The notes beneath the pieces were generated by a model. That model ran no database searches, was not told the origin of the DNA, and worked only from the letters and a program-made list of their open reading frames with translations. Below are positions 1-13,036 of a stretch of 64,000 nt of DNA, one piece after another. Positions within the stretch are counted from its first letter, which is position 1; each line of letters opens with the position of its first letter. Position numbers and translations under genes: made by a program. This stretch comes from Chrysomallon squamiferum. Its lineage: Eukaryota > Animalia > Mollusca. The DNA lies in NCBI GenBank assembly GCA_012295275.1, contig CM022671.1:18352001-18416000 (forward strand), read 5' to 3'.

Positions 1-396
1 GATTGGTCAGCGGTCAAGTAAAATATCGGTCTTTTGATTGTTATTGCAATACAGCGTAACATTTCCACTTGAAGGAAAATGGTAAATTTTTCTAAGTAAA
101 ACTAACAAGTCGATCGTAATGAGAAATGGATTCTGAACCCGCTAGTTCATGTTTCACTGTCGTCTGCTGACTGCGGTTAAGATGTTGCGTGACCAATACA
201 TCAATTTCTACACCAATTTCCTTCTCGTCAGTAAAATAAAGATTTAATATGTATCCGTGTATGTGTGTGAGGGCATCAGTCTTAACGTGTGTTTGTCTCG
301 TTTTTTTTTTTAATACATATATGTCTGTCTCCATAGATTTATCTATTTATTGTTTATTTGTGCATATGTATCTTCATATACCACAAACAGACGCGT

Positions 397-412
397 GCGT
401 GTGTGTGTGTGT

Positions 413-449
<37 letters not shown>

Positions 450-500
450 TGTGTGTGTGTGTGTGTGTCTGTGTGTGTGTGTGTGTGTGTGTCTGTGTGT
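397..500. repeat. (GT)n microsatellite, representative of dozens of AC/AG/AT/AAT/ACT/ATAC/AGAT tracts in the window
   Basis: Read directly from the sequence. Confidence 0.98.
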
Positions 501-557
501 ATACAGATACAGTGAAAGAGAGCGAGATAGGTATGTTTTTTTTAAACCATCTAAAGT

Positions 558-593
<36 letters not shown>

Positions 594-860
594 TATATAT
601 ACTGAAACAAACATAGGGAGAATATATACCATACCATATTAAAAACATAATTTTTTCCATCTTATTTTTTTTTTTTTTTTTTTTTTTTTAATCCAGCTAA
701 AGTACTTTTCTACGCAAAACCGAGGAGAGAGTAAAATGATAAAAATATATCTTTATATATTTTTTTTTCTTCTTTCTTTTTTTGTTCATTTCAGGCCACA
801 CCTTCCTGCCCACGATAAAATCTGCTTGTCATCACGAGTGTTTTCCTAACAGACTCGAAC
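501..860 (+). repeat. Local duplication, copy 1 (copy 2 at ~2066-2443)
   Basis: Shared blocks in the same order: ATACAGATACAGTGAAAGAGAG; TTTTTTAAACCAT; CCAGCTAAAGTAC.TTTCTACGCAAAA.CGAGGAG.GAGTAAAATGATAAA; TTTCAG.CCACACCTTCCT.CCCACGATAAAATCTGCTTGTCATCACG.GTGTTTTC. Confidence 0.92.
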
Positions 861-1927
861 ATATTGTAAGAAAATGAACACCTATTTTTATTATTTCTGA
901 TACAGGTAATATCTTTCACATTTTTATCATCTACAGTGATTACTTCAGCCAGGTGGGCTGATTTGTGAAGAAAATGAAGCGATTTGCTATGAGACAAGGC
1001 TGAGATTTAGAAAAAATATATATTCTTGTAGGTGGTGTCGTTCTTTATGTTGTTGTTGTTGTTGTTGCTGTTTCTGTTTTATTATTATTATTACTTTTAT
1101 TATTATTATTGTTGTTGTTGTTGCTGTTGCTGTTTTATTTTATTATTATTATTATTATTACTTTTATTATTATTATTGTTGTTGTTGTTGTTGCTGCTGA
1201 TATTATAATTGTTATTATTATTACTATAGCAATCTTGCATTATAATTGTTATTAAAATTAGTATGTTTTTATTATTCTTCTTCTTTTTATAATCATGATG
1301 ATGATAATGATGATGATGATTATTATTATTATTATTATTATTATTACTGTTGTTGTTGTTGTTGTAGTTGTTGTTGTTGTTGTTGATACCGCCATTGCTA
1401 TCGTTATGTAGGTTCTTGTTTTTCAACATTCGGCTACTTATATTCAATCGCTCAGTTTCACATTTTCGTTCCCTTGTTTTCTCTGTGAATCTCTCAACGT
1501 GCCGCTTACTTCGTCAGTGTGTCTGTCGGTCTTTGTGATGGATGGACGGATAAACCACGGATTTATGAATATGCGACTTATATATGAATGGACGCACTGA
1601 CAGATGGATCAGTAGACACAAGGATGGATGGATGAACAAGCATATAAATAAACAGGATTTCTTCAAATCTCACCATTCAGAACTTTTTGTAATATATCTT
1701 GCTTGCGAGATTGAAAATTATACGACTGATCGATTCGACTGCTTGGCTATTGCGCACTTTTTAATTCAAACGAAAGATAAATCGATTATTAAATTCACCA
1801 ACATGATCTCAGCATAAAATGACCATTTATCAAGTGTGTGTTTTTTTTACTTCTTCCTTTCTGTTTTCTATTTGTGGAATCTTTGAATAACTGAGCTTTT
1901 TTTCATATTGGAATCTGTGTCGTTCTG

Positions 1928-1983
<56 letters not shown>

Positions 1984-2065
1984 AATATATATGAAGAAAA
2001 CGGTATCATTAAATAAACATTATAACAAAAATATTAACATCAATATTTCATACAGATTTATTTTT

Positions 2066-2142
2066 ATACAGATACAGTGAAAGAGAGAGATAGATAGGAA
2101 TGTACATGATACTATGAGAAAAGTCTTTTTTTAAACCATTTA

Positions 2143-2185
<43 letters not shown>

Positions 2186-2443
2186 ATATATATATATATA
2201 TATATTTTATAGTGAAAAAAAGAAAGGGAGGATACGATAACCAATTTTTTTTTTTTTTTTTTTTTTAAACCAGCTAAAGTACATTTCTACGCAAAATCGA
2301 GGAGTGAGTAAAATGATAAATATATATATATATATTTTATTTTATTATTATTATTATTATTATTTTTTTATTAATTTCAGTCCACACCTTCCTTCCCACG
2401 ATAAAATCTGCTTGTCATCACGTGTGTTTTCTTGCAGTTCGAA
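2066..2443 (+). repeat. Local duplication, copy 2
   Basis: See copy 1. Offset about 1.57 kb, direct orientation. Confidence 0.92.
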
Positions 2444-2463
2444 TGCTGTGTATATGCGTAATA

Positions 2464-2799
2464 CAGGTACCGGACCAATTATCCGGACTCCTTGGGGCCT
2501 GAGGCATTCCGGATTTCTGGATTTTCCGGCTTTCTGGTACCAAGGCATCTAAACACGTAAATAATTAGGCACAAACATTTTAAAATTAAACCTAAAGAAA
2601 ATTGACGATACACAACTGTGGCGACTCGACACGTAAACAATGCGGCGAGTGAATGAACGCCACGCAGCTTAAAAGAGTAGTTCCGGTCTGATGAGGACAA
2701 CACCCATGCGCGCGAACTATGAAAATGGGGTCTAGAAAATAATTCCGGTTTTCTGGTCTTTCCGGATTTCAGGACGCCGGATAATTGGTCCAGTACCTG
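2464..2799. mobile_element. 336-bp MITE, Tc1/mariner superfamily (pogo/Tigger-like)
   Basis: TIRs CAGGTAC(C/T)GGACCAATTATCCGG (23 bp, 1 mismatch), TA on both sides (2462-63, 2800-01), subterminal TCCGGATTT repeats, no coding capacity. Confidence 0.9.
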
Positions 2800-3069
2800 T
2801 ACTGATATTAAATATGTTAGATTTAATTTTTGAAGTTATTTGTTTATAATGACACAGAGCTAAAGAGAATGTACGTACATACATACATATACACGTACGT
2901 ACGTACATAAATATATACACACATACATGTTTGCAATCATTCATAAATACATACATACATATATAAATATATATACACACATATATATATATATGCAATC
3001 ATTCATAAATACATAAAACCATACATATATACAAACATACATACATACATATATACATACATACATACA

Positions 3070-3101
<32 letters not shown>

Positions 3102-4399
3102 CATACATATTACATACATAAATACATACATAAATACATACATATACACATTATTAAAAATATAATTTTACATACCAACCACACTCTTCTTCCACAAAGT
3201 ATCTTTAAAAATAATTTATGTCTTACGCTGCAATGGGTTATAATCGACACATCTTCTCGGTTAATAACACAAAATATCTCTTAAGTTTTTGTGTTTTTTT
3301 TTCTTCAAAATAACCATTAAGCATTAATGTAATCACCATTAACAAAATGATTATTTTACATCAGTGCAACCATTATTAAGAAAAATTAATACTGGTGTGA
3401 GACCCGCATGGCTATTTATCTTTCTTGTTTGGGATTATTTTCGTTTTAAAATATAAAATGTACACGATCTTCAAACACGGCAGTTTCATCGATTTGAAAT
3501 TGTTCCACGTGGTGATATTTCACTGCACGGGCTCTCGTCACGAACCGTAAAGTACCAGCGTGAGTCCCCATTAAAACGCGTATTAGTAACAGTCGTTAAT
3601 AAATACGGTTTTCTTATTTTTATGTTTTAAGATATAAAGTTTTACGTCAAGTATAAAGATATGTTGGTCGTTCCAGTAAGCATCGAGCATCATAAACGTA
3701 CCTTCTCTAATAATAATAATGAGGACGTTGACCAAGTTTTCAGTTTCGTCTGATAATGCATTTGTTTTTTTTTTTTTTTTAAAAGATTGTTCTTGTATAG
3801 TTAAATGAATAAATAAGACAAACATCAGTGAGACGGACATCTTAGCAGATAAATTAAAATAAACAAATTTAAAAATAAATTAAATAGATAATCCAAGAAA
3901 TAAAAACGACTATTATCTATTGTTACCTTTAAGAAAAGTCTTTTATACAAACAAGATGTTAAGAATATGCTGACGATCAAATAAAACAGGCGTGCTGCAA
4001 CATTTCAAAACTTTCCTTACTTTCTATCTTGCGAAAACAGACAACAGCCAATCTGGATAAAATTCTCTAAATTTTATATAACTGCAATATTTTGTATCAA
4101 CCGTACAGGCAAAACCGGCTTGAAAATTTCCGCACTTATCGTTTCCCTGAAACATATATCAAAGCATTTCTTTTTCTGTTGAAATTAATATTCCTCTTAG
4201 ACTTATCTTACCTGTCTCCTGTATGATTTTTAAACCAAATTAACGAATGTAACCGGTTATATCTAAACCTTTGGAAAAATTCTTTAAATTGCGGTAATCT
4301 GATTAAATAAATATATTTCATGTCGGAGCGTCACGACATTTTTAAAGACCAGTGAACTCTTTTCAAAATGATATGGTAATAAATTCCCGACATCTTCCA

Positions 4400-5640
4400 T
4401 ACGAATGTAATATTTCCTCCGACAGTTAATATTAAATATCTGAAGTATTTCTGTTGGTGATTTAGCCTGTTGTATAATTCTGTTAAATATTTAGAGTAAT
4501 AATTATATTAAACATTTATTCACCGTACGTTTTGTTAACGATTTAGTCGATGTAATAATTCTGTTAAACATTTAGTCTGTGTAACAGTTCTATTAAATAT
4601 TTATCTATTTGGTATATTTCGATTAATGATTTAGTCACCGTAATATTTATGTTAAAGACTGAACTATCTGTTATAGTTCTGTTAAAGATTTATTTTAAAA
4701 AATTGTTTGTGTAATATTTCTATTGAAGTGTTGGTGAAATCGAGTTTTTATAGTCAACTGGACATTTTAAAAATACCATTTAAGTAATTTTAAAAGGATC
4801 TATTAAAGTATAAATTATACGTGTATTGTCACAAGAGATACTGCCACACAGAACGCATCTTTCTGCTTGAAATGTTTCATTTGAAACATTTATATTTAAG
4901 GCTTTGGTTATTTGAAATATTTTTCTTATTAAACTTTTAATCGTATGGGACATTTCTACTGAAAGAGTATCCATTTTATAGAATTCGTTGTTATTTCAAA
5001 TATTTCTGCTAAAGTTTTAGTCATTTTGGAATAAATCTTATTCATCAGAAAAACTGTTATTGAAGCCTCATTCATTTGAAATATTTCTTGAAGACGTAGT
5101 TATCAGAAATCTTTCTTGGAGGTTTTAGGCATTTTGATTATTTCTATTGAAGCCTTAGTCATCTGAAATATTTCTATAGAAATGTTAGTCATTTAAAATA
5201 TTTCTTCCGAAGATCTTAATCATTTGAAATTTTTCTGTGGAAGACTTTACCATTTGAAATATTTCTAAAGAAGACATTAATCATTTGAAATATTTCTATA
5301 GAAGACTTAATCATTTGAAATATTTCTGTTGAAGATGTAGTCATTCGAAATATTTCTAAAGAAGTTTTATTCATTTCGAATATTTTTGCTGAATTCGTAA
5401 TCATTTAGAATAAAAAAATGTAGAAGTTTTAATCATTAGAAATATTTCTAAAGAAATCTTAGTCTTTTGAAAATATTTCTGAGTGGTCTTAGTCATTTCA
5501 AAAATTTCTATAGAAGTCTTAGTCGTTTGAAATATTTCTAAAGAAGTCTTAGGCGTTTAAGATATTTCTAAAGAAGTTGTAGCCATTTTGCAATATTTCT
5601 GCTGAAGTTGTAGCCATTTTGCAATATTTCTGCTGAAGTT
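4400..5640. repeat. Degenerate ~30-bp minisatellite (consensus ~TCATTTGAAATATTTCTATAGAAGACTTAA)
   Basis: Clear 30-bp periodicity at 5060-5640. A related, more diverged 29-30-bp unit (TTCTGTTAAAGATTTAGTC..TGTAATA) occurs at 4400-4740. Confidence 0.85.
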
Positions 5641-6226
5641 ACTAGATGTTAGAGATGTTACAAATGACAAAACACTGCCTTAATTGACACTGACTGGAAA
5701 TCAGTTGAAATGTCCGCTGAATTTAAACACAAAATCATTTTAAGGATTATGCTGAAAATTCCACGAGATAAGAATGTCGTAAAACGATATCGCAGTGATT
5801 TATACGTAAACGTAAAACCATTAAAAATCATCGCTTTTAAAAAACCGATATACGAAGAAGATGTCTGATAACGCAAGACAAACAGAACTGATACGTTACG
5901 ATTGCGGTAAGACAAACGTAACTGTTACGTTACGTTAGAGAATAGCAGAAGAAACAAAGACTTATGAATTCAGTTCATTGAACCGACTGAACAAGGGTGC
6001 TTGTAGATGAAATGTTTTCTTTTGCATATAAAAACACACTTAAGATTAGATCCCTTTCTCAGTAGAAAGGCTGCATTAATAACGTTTATGAATTATATTT
6101 ATTAGCTGCTTCAGTGGAGTGTTTATGTGTTTGTTTGTTGGGTTTCGTGTTTTATCTGTTTTCTCATTTATCGCAGCTAATGTACTGTTTAAATATATTT
6201 AGAATAATCGACACTTGTAGTAAAAA

Positions 6227-6375
6227 TGTATGTGTATGTGTGCACGTGCACATTTATGTATGTGTGTTAATGTGTATGTGTGTGTGTATGTAGGTGTGTG
6301 TGTGTATGTGTATGTGTGCACGTGCACGTGCACATTTATGTATGTGTGTTAATGTGTATGTGTGTGTGTATGTGT
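6227..6375. repeat. Two-copy tandem duplication within a TG-rich tract
   Basis: TGTATGTGTATGTGTGCACGTGCACATTTATGTATGTGTGTTAATGTGTATGTG occurs twice; the second copy has an extra CACGTG. Confidence 0.8.
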
Positions 6376-6734
6376 CTGTGTGTGGGTGGGTGGATTAAAG
6401 ATATGTGATGTCATAAAATAAATTCATACATATTTTTTTTTGGTTGGATTATTAGACTGCAAAATTTTATTTCTTTCTTTCTCATTTTCAAGAACATTTA
6501 CATTTACACATACGAGTAAACAATGAAACATTTTGTGAATATTCCTTAGCAAACACAGAACAAAAAAGCGAAAAAGTAAAAACATTTATGTCATGAAATA
6601 AAGATTTCTGTTTCTATGTTTATTTATTTTTTGTTTTAATTCAACTTTCATACTATTTTCATTCCTTTTATGTTTATTTTATTTTCATTTTCAGTTTTGT
6701 TTTTTTTTCACGTAATTTGAATTTTTAATTTTTT

Positions 6735-6767
<33 letters not shown>

Positions 6768-6840
6768 CTTCTTCTTTTTCTTTTTTTATTGTCGCAGAGA
6801 ATTGGACTGTGATAATCTTCCCAGTCGCCTGTCTGTCGCC

Positions 6841-6871
<31 letters not shown>

Positions 6872-6872
6872 G

Positions 6873-6935
<63 letters not shown>

Positions 6936-8360
6936 CTCTCTCTCTATCTTTCTGTCTGTTTGTCTGTCTGTCTGTCTAATTATAGATTTACTTTTCATCT
7001 ATCTTTCCTTCCATTCATCTATCATAGCATTAATCTTTTCTTTCTTTTTTCTATATTTTTATCTTCATTTTTCTTTTCTTATTTCACTTCACATAAAACT
7101 TAACCAGAATTCTCCAGCAGCCAATATGTCCTTATTAAGACTTATCCCAGCGTACCAATCACGTGAAACTAAAAGACAGACAGAGATATTTAGTTTTTAA
7201 AAAAAAAAAAAAAAAAAAAACTCATCTAACTATTGTCCAAATGGAGAACAGTCATCTCATTTCGTTTCTAGAAGTACAAAAATAAGTTTAACTTATTTCC
7301 TACAATTGGATTGCGCCGTGTATGGTAAGATTTCGACTGATCGATGGCTCCAAAGATAAACGAGCAAAGCAAACGTCTTTCGATGGTTACTATGACAACA
7401 AAATCAAATAATGTTTAATGATTTCTTCCAGTTGCTGGTAATGCGTTATTTGCCCCTACTTGGTGCTATTTTTCCGGAACCGAATCACTTTCACTAAGTG
7501 CTACAGTCACATTTCCGTGTTCATGCAGCTTAAAGATGAATTCCTACTTAAAAATATTTTTGTTAGAGTTACTTTGTTTTCGTCAGTTAAAGTGGTTATA
7601 AACACGAGAATAAGTTATTAATTTTCATAACTGTTTAAAAAAGATAACAACAACAACAACAACAATAATGACATGCTAATAACAATAATAATAGCACAAC
7701 AACAACAACAACAATAACGTTAGTAATAATCATAAAGCAGTAACCATAACTTCAATAATAATAATGATGATAATGATTTCGTATTTGAGATAACTAAAAT
7801 TTCAGATCGAAAAATGTGATTTACTTAGTTAGATGGTTACACAAAGCATTAGGTTTTATTTCTGCGCACACACAAATCTATTACAGACAGGATTTGGGTC
7901 GATTGCCGGATCGAAGTATTGATAAAACGTCTTATTTCGCTACATTTTCTTCAATTAAAGTCAAATCGTTTACTGCTTTACGTTACTTATTCGTCATCAT
8001 TTTAGTCTTCATCTTCTTCTTTTTTTTCTTCTTTCTTCTTCTTCTTCTTTTTTCTTCTTTCTTTTTCTTTTTTCGCTTCTTCTTTTTCTTCTTCCTCCTC
8101 TATTTTCTTCTTCTTTTTCTTTTTTTTTTTTTTTTTTTCCTTGTCTTTTCTTTATCTCATTTACTCATCTTTTCTTTCTTTTTCGTATTTTTATTTATTC
8201 TTTTATTTTTCGTATTTACTTTTTAAACCTTTTCTTTCGTTTTCTTTTTTTGATCTTTTCTTTTTTGTAATTAATTTTTAAATATCTTTTTACTTCTTTT
8301 TTTTAAATTGTTTATTTTCTTTCTTTCTTTTTCTCCATTTCCATTTTTTATATTCTTTCG

Positions 8361-8586
8361 TTCTTTATGTCTATCTTTTTTCTTTCTTTCACTCATTCAT
8401 TATACCTATCTGTTTTTCTTTCTTTCTTTCACTCAATCTTTACACCTATCTGTTTTCCTTTCTTTCTTTCACTCAATCTTTACACCTATCTGTTTTTCTT
8501 TCTTTCTTTCACCCGTTCTTTATACCTATCTGTTTTTCTTTCTTTCTTTCGCTCATTCTGTATAGCTATCAGTTTTTCTTTCTTTC
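8361..8586. repeat. 40-bp pyrimidine-rich minisatellite, ~5.5 copies
   Basis: Unit TATACCTATCTGTTTTTCTTTCTTTCTTTCACTCAATCTT with 40-bp period. Confidence 0.9.
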
Positions 8587-9404
8587 ATTAGTTTCTCATT
8601 TTCTGTTTTTGTGATGAAGTGGATGTCTGTGTTATCGCTGAGTGTCAGAGTTGTGTACATTTTTGGTACCGTTAATCTCGTGTCTACTTCGTCAAATTTA
8701 CTTACACTCAAAAATCTCTTCGACAGTTGTTTTGTTGTTGTTGTTGTTGTTGTTGCTGTGCGTCTGTCTGGTTTTTTTGAAACACAAACAGTGCAGTTTT
8801 TCCTAACAAACTCTAAAACAGATATCTGCTTTTTACAAAAAACTAGTATTGCTGCTACTGTTACTGTTATGGCTGTCACACTGTTTTTACTACTACAACT
8901 ACCACCACTACTATTACTACTACTACTAAAATTAAACTACTATTACCAGTACCACTACCACTGCTACTACTACTACTTCTGTTAGTATTACAACTACTAC
9001 GGCTACTGCTACGATTGTTACTACTATTTACAAGTGTACCACAAATACTACTACTCCTATCACTACTACTACTGCTGCTGCTATTGCTACTATTTCAGAT
9101 CATACTATCGCAACTACTATTACTATTACTTCGACTGTCATTATTAGTATCATCACATATTCTACTATTACTGTTACTTAATGGTGCTATTGCTACTATT
9201 ACTTCTAGTAACGCCACACTTACCGTTAGAACTGCTTTTATTAGTAGTTCCAATGCCAGCACTAGTACTACAATAATTTCTTAATTTTACTATATCTACC
9301 AACACTACTAACATTTCTACTATTTAAGTCTTTATCTATCTATATATAAGTAATTTACAGCTATAAGAGAATGATTAGAAGAAGAAGAAACAGAAGAAGA
9401 AAAA

Positions 9405-9437
<33 letters not shown>

Positions 9438-11379
9438 AAGAAAAAAAAAGAGGAAGAAGAAGAAGATGAAAAAAAGAGTAAAAGTTCAAACTGATCTAAA
9501 GAAAAGCAAAGAGTAAGCAGTTTTATCGCTGGATTTCATATTACTTCGTCTACGGACGTATAGATGGCTGACTGTGTGTTTTTACAATACAGTATTTAAA
9601 AAACCATCAACCATCGAATTCACTTAGAAGAGAGCAATCTCTTACCTGCTGCTGAAGATAAAAACCCTCAGAGAGAAATACAAATTCTTCACGACATGAG
9701 GTAAAATATATTTTTTTTTTATTTTATTTTATTTTATTTTATAATATATTTTTTTTAAACCACAGTTATCGCTAAAAATTATATATCAGCCTGCCAATGG
9801 GTGTTTCCAACATGCATATGTAATTTATCTGATAACGTAGTTGTTATGACGTCACTGCAGCCCGTTTCGGTCATGGGTGATAATTCAGGCTATGGTTTGC
9901 CCAAGGGCAGATAATTTCAAATAACTGAGTAATAAGCGAAAAACAAAAAAACGGTTAAAGATCGAAGAGATTCTTCAGTAAATTTTTATTAACATTAACG
10001 CGTCTACTGCTTAAATACTCTACTACAGTTATTACTGTTATTTCACTGCTGTTATTAATGCAGTTATTGATATTATCTGTACTACTGCTGCATCTGCAAC
10101 TACTACTGCTACTATTAATACAACTACTACTAAAGTTATTACTAGTATTACTTCTAAGACTACCATCATCATTATTATTACTTCTTCAACATGTATGCAT
10201 ACCCGCATTAATAGTTTTCTATGTCGGCATATGTACGCGCTTGTGTACGTGTGTGTGTGTAATTCATATTCAGAGACAATGTAAACAAATATGAAAATAA
10301 TATATATTGTATGCACATACGTTTTAAAAACATTTTCTCCAGTTCACCCACATCCACATTAACTGCTAGACCTTAACAAAACAATTCCTGTACATTTTTT
10401 TTTTTCTTCTTCTTCTTCGTCTTCTTTTTTTTTTCTTCTTTCTTGATCAAAACCGTTCATTAAGTCTGTAATTACGTCGTTAATGGTCACAATTATAACG
10501 AGGCTATCTATGATAACAAGCGACACAGCATTAGCAATAGTCAATTATTAAATAAAAAGTGAAAAGCGCTTTTTAATGTACATCCTTCCTCCATTCTGCG
10601 TCTCATCAAAGAGAGTCTTGACAATTTATGACGACTTCAAAAGATTCAAGAGGTGGAAACCTTTCATCGTTTGCTGTATGACGTTTTAAATCAACAGATC
10701 ATATTCACAGAGTAGTAATATTCTAAACTTGTCAAGATGAGTCAGCTGAAGTCGTGGGAAGGAGATTGTGGAGATTTTAGTCTGTATGTACGTACACACA
10801 TATATTATACTATTAATAGAAAGAGTGAAATACACGTGCCTTCATGATGCACGCAAGGGTACATGTATTTATAATTCAGAAATACATTCAGCATTTATAT
10901 TCATTCGTACACACATACAATCATAAGCACAGGTAGGTACGTGCATAGATAAATAGATACGTATATATACATATGTGCATATATATATACACATACAAAC
11001 ATACGTACGTACTACGTATATACACATATAACAACATACACAATCATACATACAGGTATACATATATACATTTATCTTATATTATATTTATAAATGATGT
11101 GTATGAAAGCACCAAAAAATGATCATGGATATACACTTGTAAGCCATATTTAATTATGCAATAAGTAAGGATATTCAAATGTTACTGCGTAATATATTTG
11201 TTATTAACATCCTAACAGAAAAAAAAAAAAAAAAAAAATTCTTATTGAAAATATCAGTCTTACGCGAGTGACGAAGTAAGATATATTTTTTTTTTTTACC
11301 TCGATAATAATAGTGAATGTCTGAGATGTTTACAAAAGATTCACTGTATAATCTTATGAATACCCCATCCATTGCCTTC

Positions 11380-11780
11380 TCTAAGACATGTCCAATCAGA
11401 TCATGAAATCTTGGCATCTTCGGGACTTTCCGGAACGTGACGAGAATCGTCTGCTCGGCATTACATGGCGGCCATGTCGGCTTGGGCTAGCTACACAAAC
11501 AGACACATTAGCTTAGTTTTGTCAATTGAAAAACGAAACAGAACTTTTTATCGAACTCCTCAGACGTCGCGGACCCAGCGATTGGCAAAAACCGAATTAT
11601 AGGGAGTAAATTCATGCTGTGGAAGATTTCGATGCAATTTTCGAGAGATTTGTCAAAATGACAAAGAAATTTAATTTCATTTAGCTACTCGGTTAATTTC
11701 GTTTCGCTGACCCCGATGTACGTCGGTTGCCGCTTCTTTCTGTTTCGCTCTTACCCCGAGGCTGGCTCGTGCGTTATCAT
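11380..11780. promoter_or_regulatory. Orphan CpG-rich promoter-like element
   Basis: CCAATCA (11392), GGGACTTTCC kappaB site (11422) overlapping TTCCGGAA, YY1-like ACATGGCGGC (11463), ATTGG (11581). High CpG density and non-repetitive. Confidence 0.45.
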
Positions 11781-12593
11781 ATTTAACACTTTTCGTACAA
11801 TCAAAAGAAAAAAGAAGAAAAAAAGAACGATTGCCAGACGTCTGAATAATTTTTTTATTTTATTATTATATATACATTTTTTTTTTTTTTCATTAAACAA
11901 ACGTCAAAACGAATTTTCTCTCTCTCAAAGCCCAGTGATTACGTCAGAGCGAAACAAAGTTGTCGTAATTACGTTCTTCATGCACACAGTTTGAGACACA
12001 AATTGCAGGAATGATTTCGAGTTCACAAACTATTAAATAATATTTATCAAGTCGGCGATTTTCGCTTTGATCTAGATGAACGCAAATACAAATGTAGAAA
12101 AAGCAAGTTAATCGTTTATTTACAGAGACAGTGTTACGTTTTACTTGCATCTTGAATTAGTAGTCCTTTTTCTGGGAATAATCTTGCTTATTTATAAAAT
12201 TGTCTCTGATTTGAATAAATTTACATAAATTTACGTACAGACTTGAACACAGTATTTGATTATGTCTACTGAAGTAAACCGAACTTTGGATACACTATAC
12301 ATTAAAAGTTGTAGTTTGTGCGTTTCTGTCTCTGTGATCTCCGAAGATTACAAAATTTAAGAGTATCTATAATATATATACACATAAGAAAGTAAAATTA
12401 ATCTGAATAAATTGTATATAAACTTGATAATTTAAATCTAGTGAACTGGAAGTGAACTGAATTTAAACAAATTTTTCCTCTATGACTTTCCCTTATTAAT
12501 AATTAATAATTTATTTATTTATTTATATATTAATTTATTTATTACTACTACTACTACTACTACTAATAATAATAATAATACTAAGACTATTAT

Positions 12594-12630
<37 letters not shown>

Positions 12631-12986
12631 GCTACTATTATTTCGGTAATCATAATCATCACTATTATTTCTTTTTTATTTCTTTTCTTCTTCATTTATT
12701 TCTTTCCTTCTTCATTTATTTCTCCTTCTTCTTCTTCTTCTTGTTACTGTTGTTACTGTTATTACTGTTATTACTGTTATTATTTGTTTTCCCCATTTTT
12801 TCCCCCCACCTCTCGACAGGTGGTTTTGCTTTTCTTACTTTTTCTCTCACGTTGTTTTTAGGTTCTTTTCTTTCAGTTCTTATCTTTTAGTTTGATGAAA
12901 AAAAGAAAAAAAAAAAAAGTCTTACATAGTGGTATTTCGATAAATTAAACTAATTTACTTAATCTCAAGTTGATCTCCAAAATACC

Positions 12987-13036
<50 letters not shown>

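Noticed and set aside
92-334. 80-aa - strand ORF with a possible internal exon (acceptor ~225, GTTAGT donor ~107)
   Set aside because: Weak splice signals, no recognisable homology, and neighbouring exons cannot be seen at the window edge.
5060-5640. Regular ~30-bp repeats as a possible CRISPR array or repeat protein
   Set aside because: Units are head-to-tail with no unique spacers, there are no cas genes and the context is eukaryotic. It is a minisatellite.
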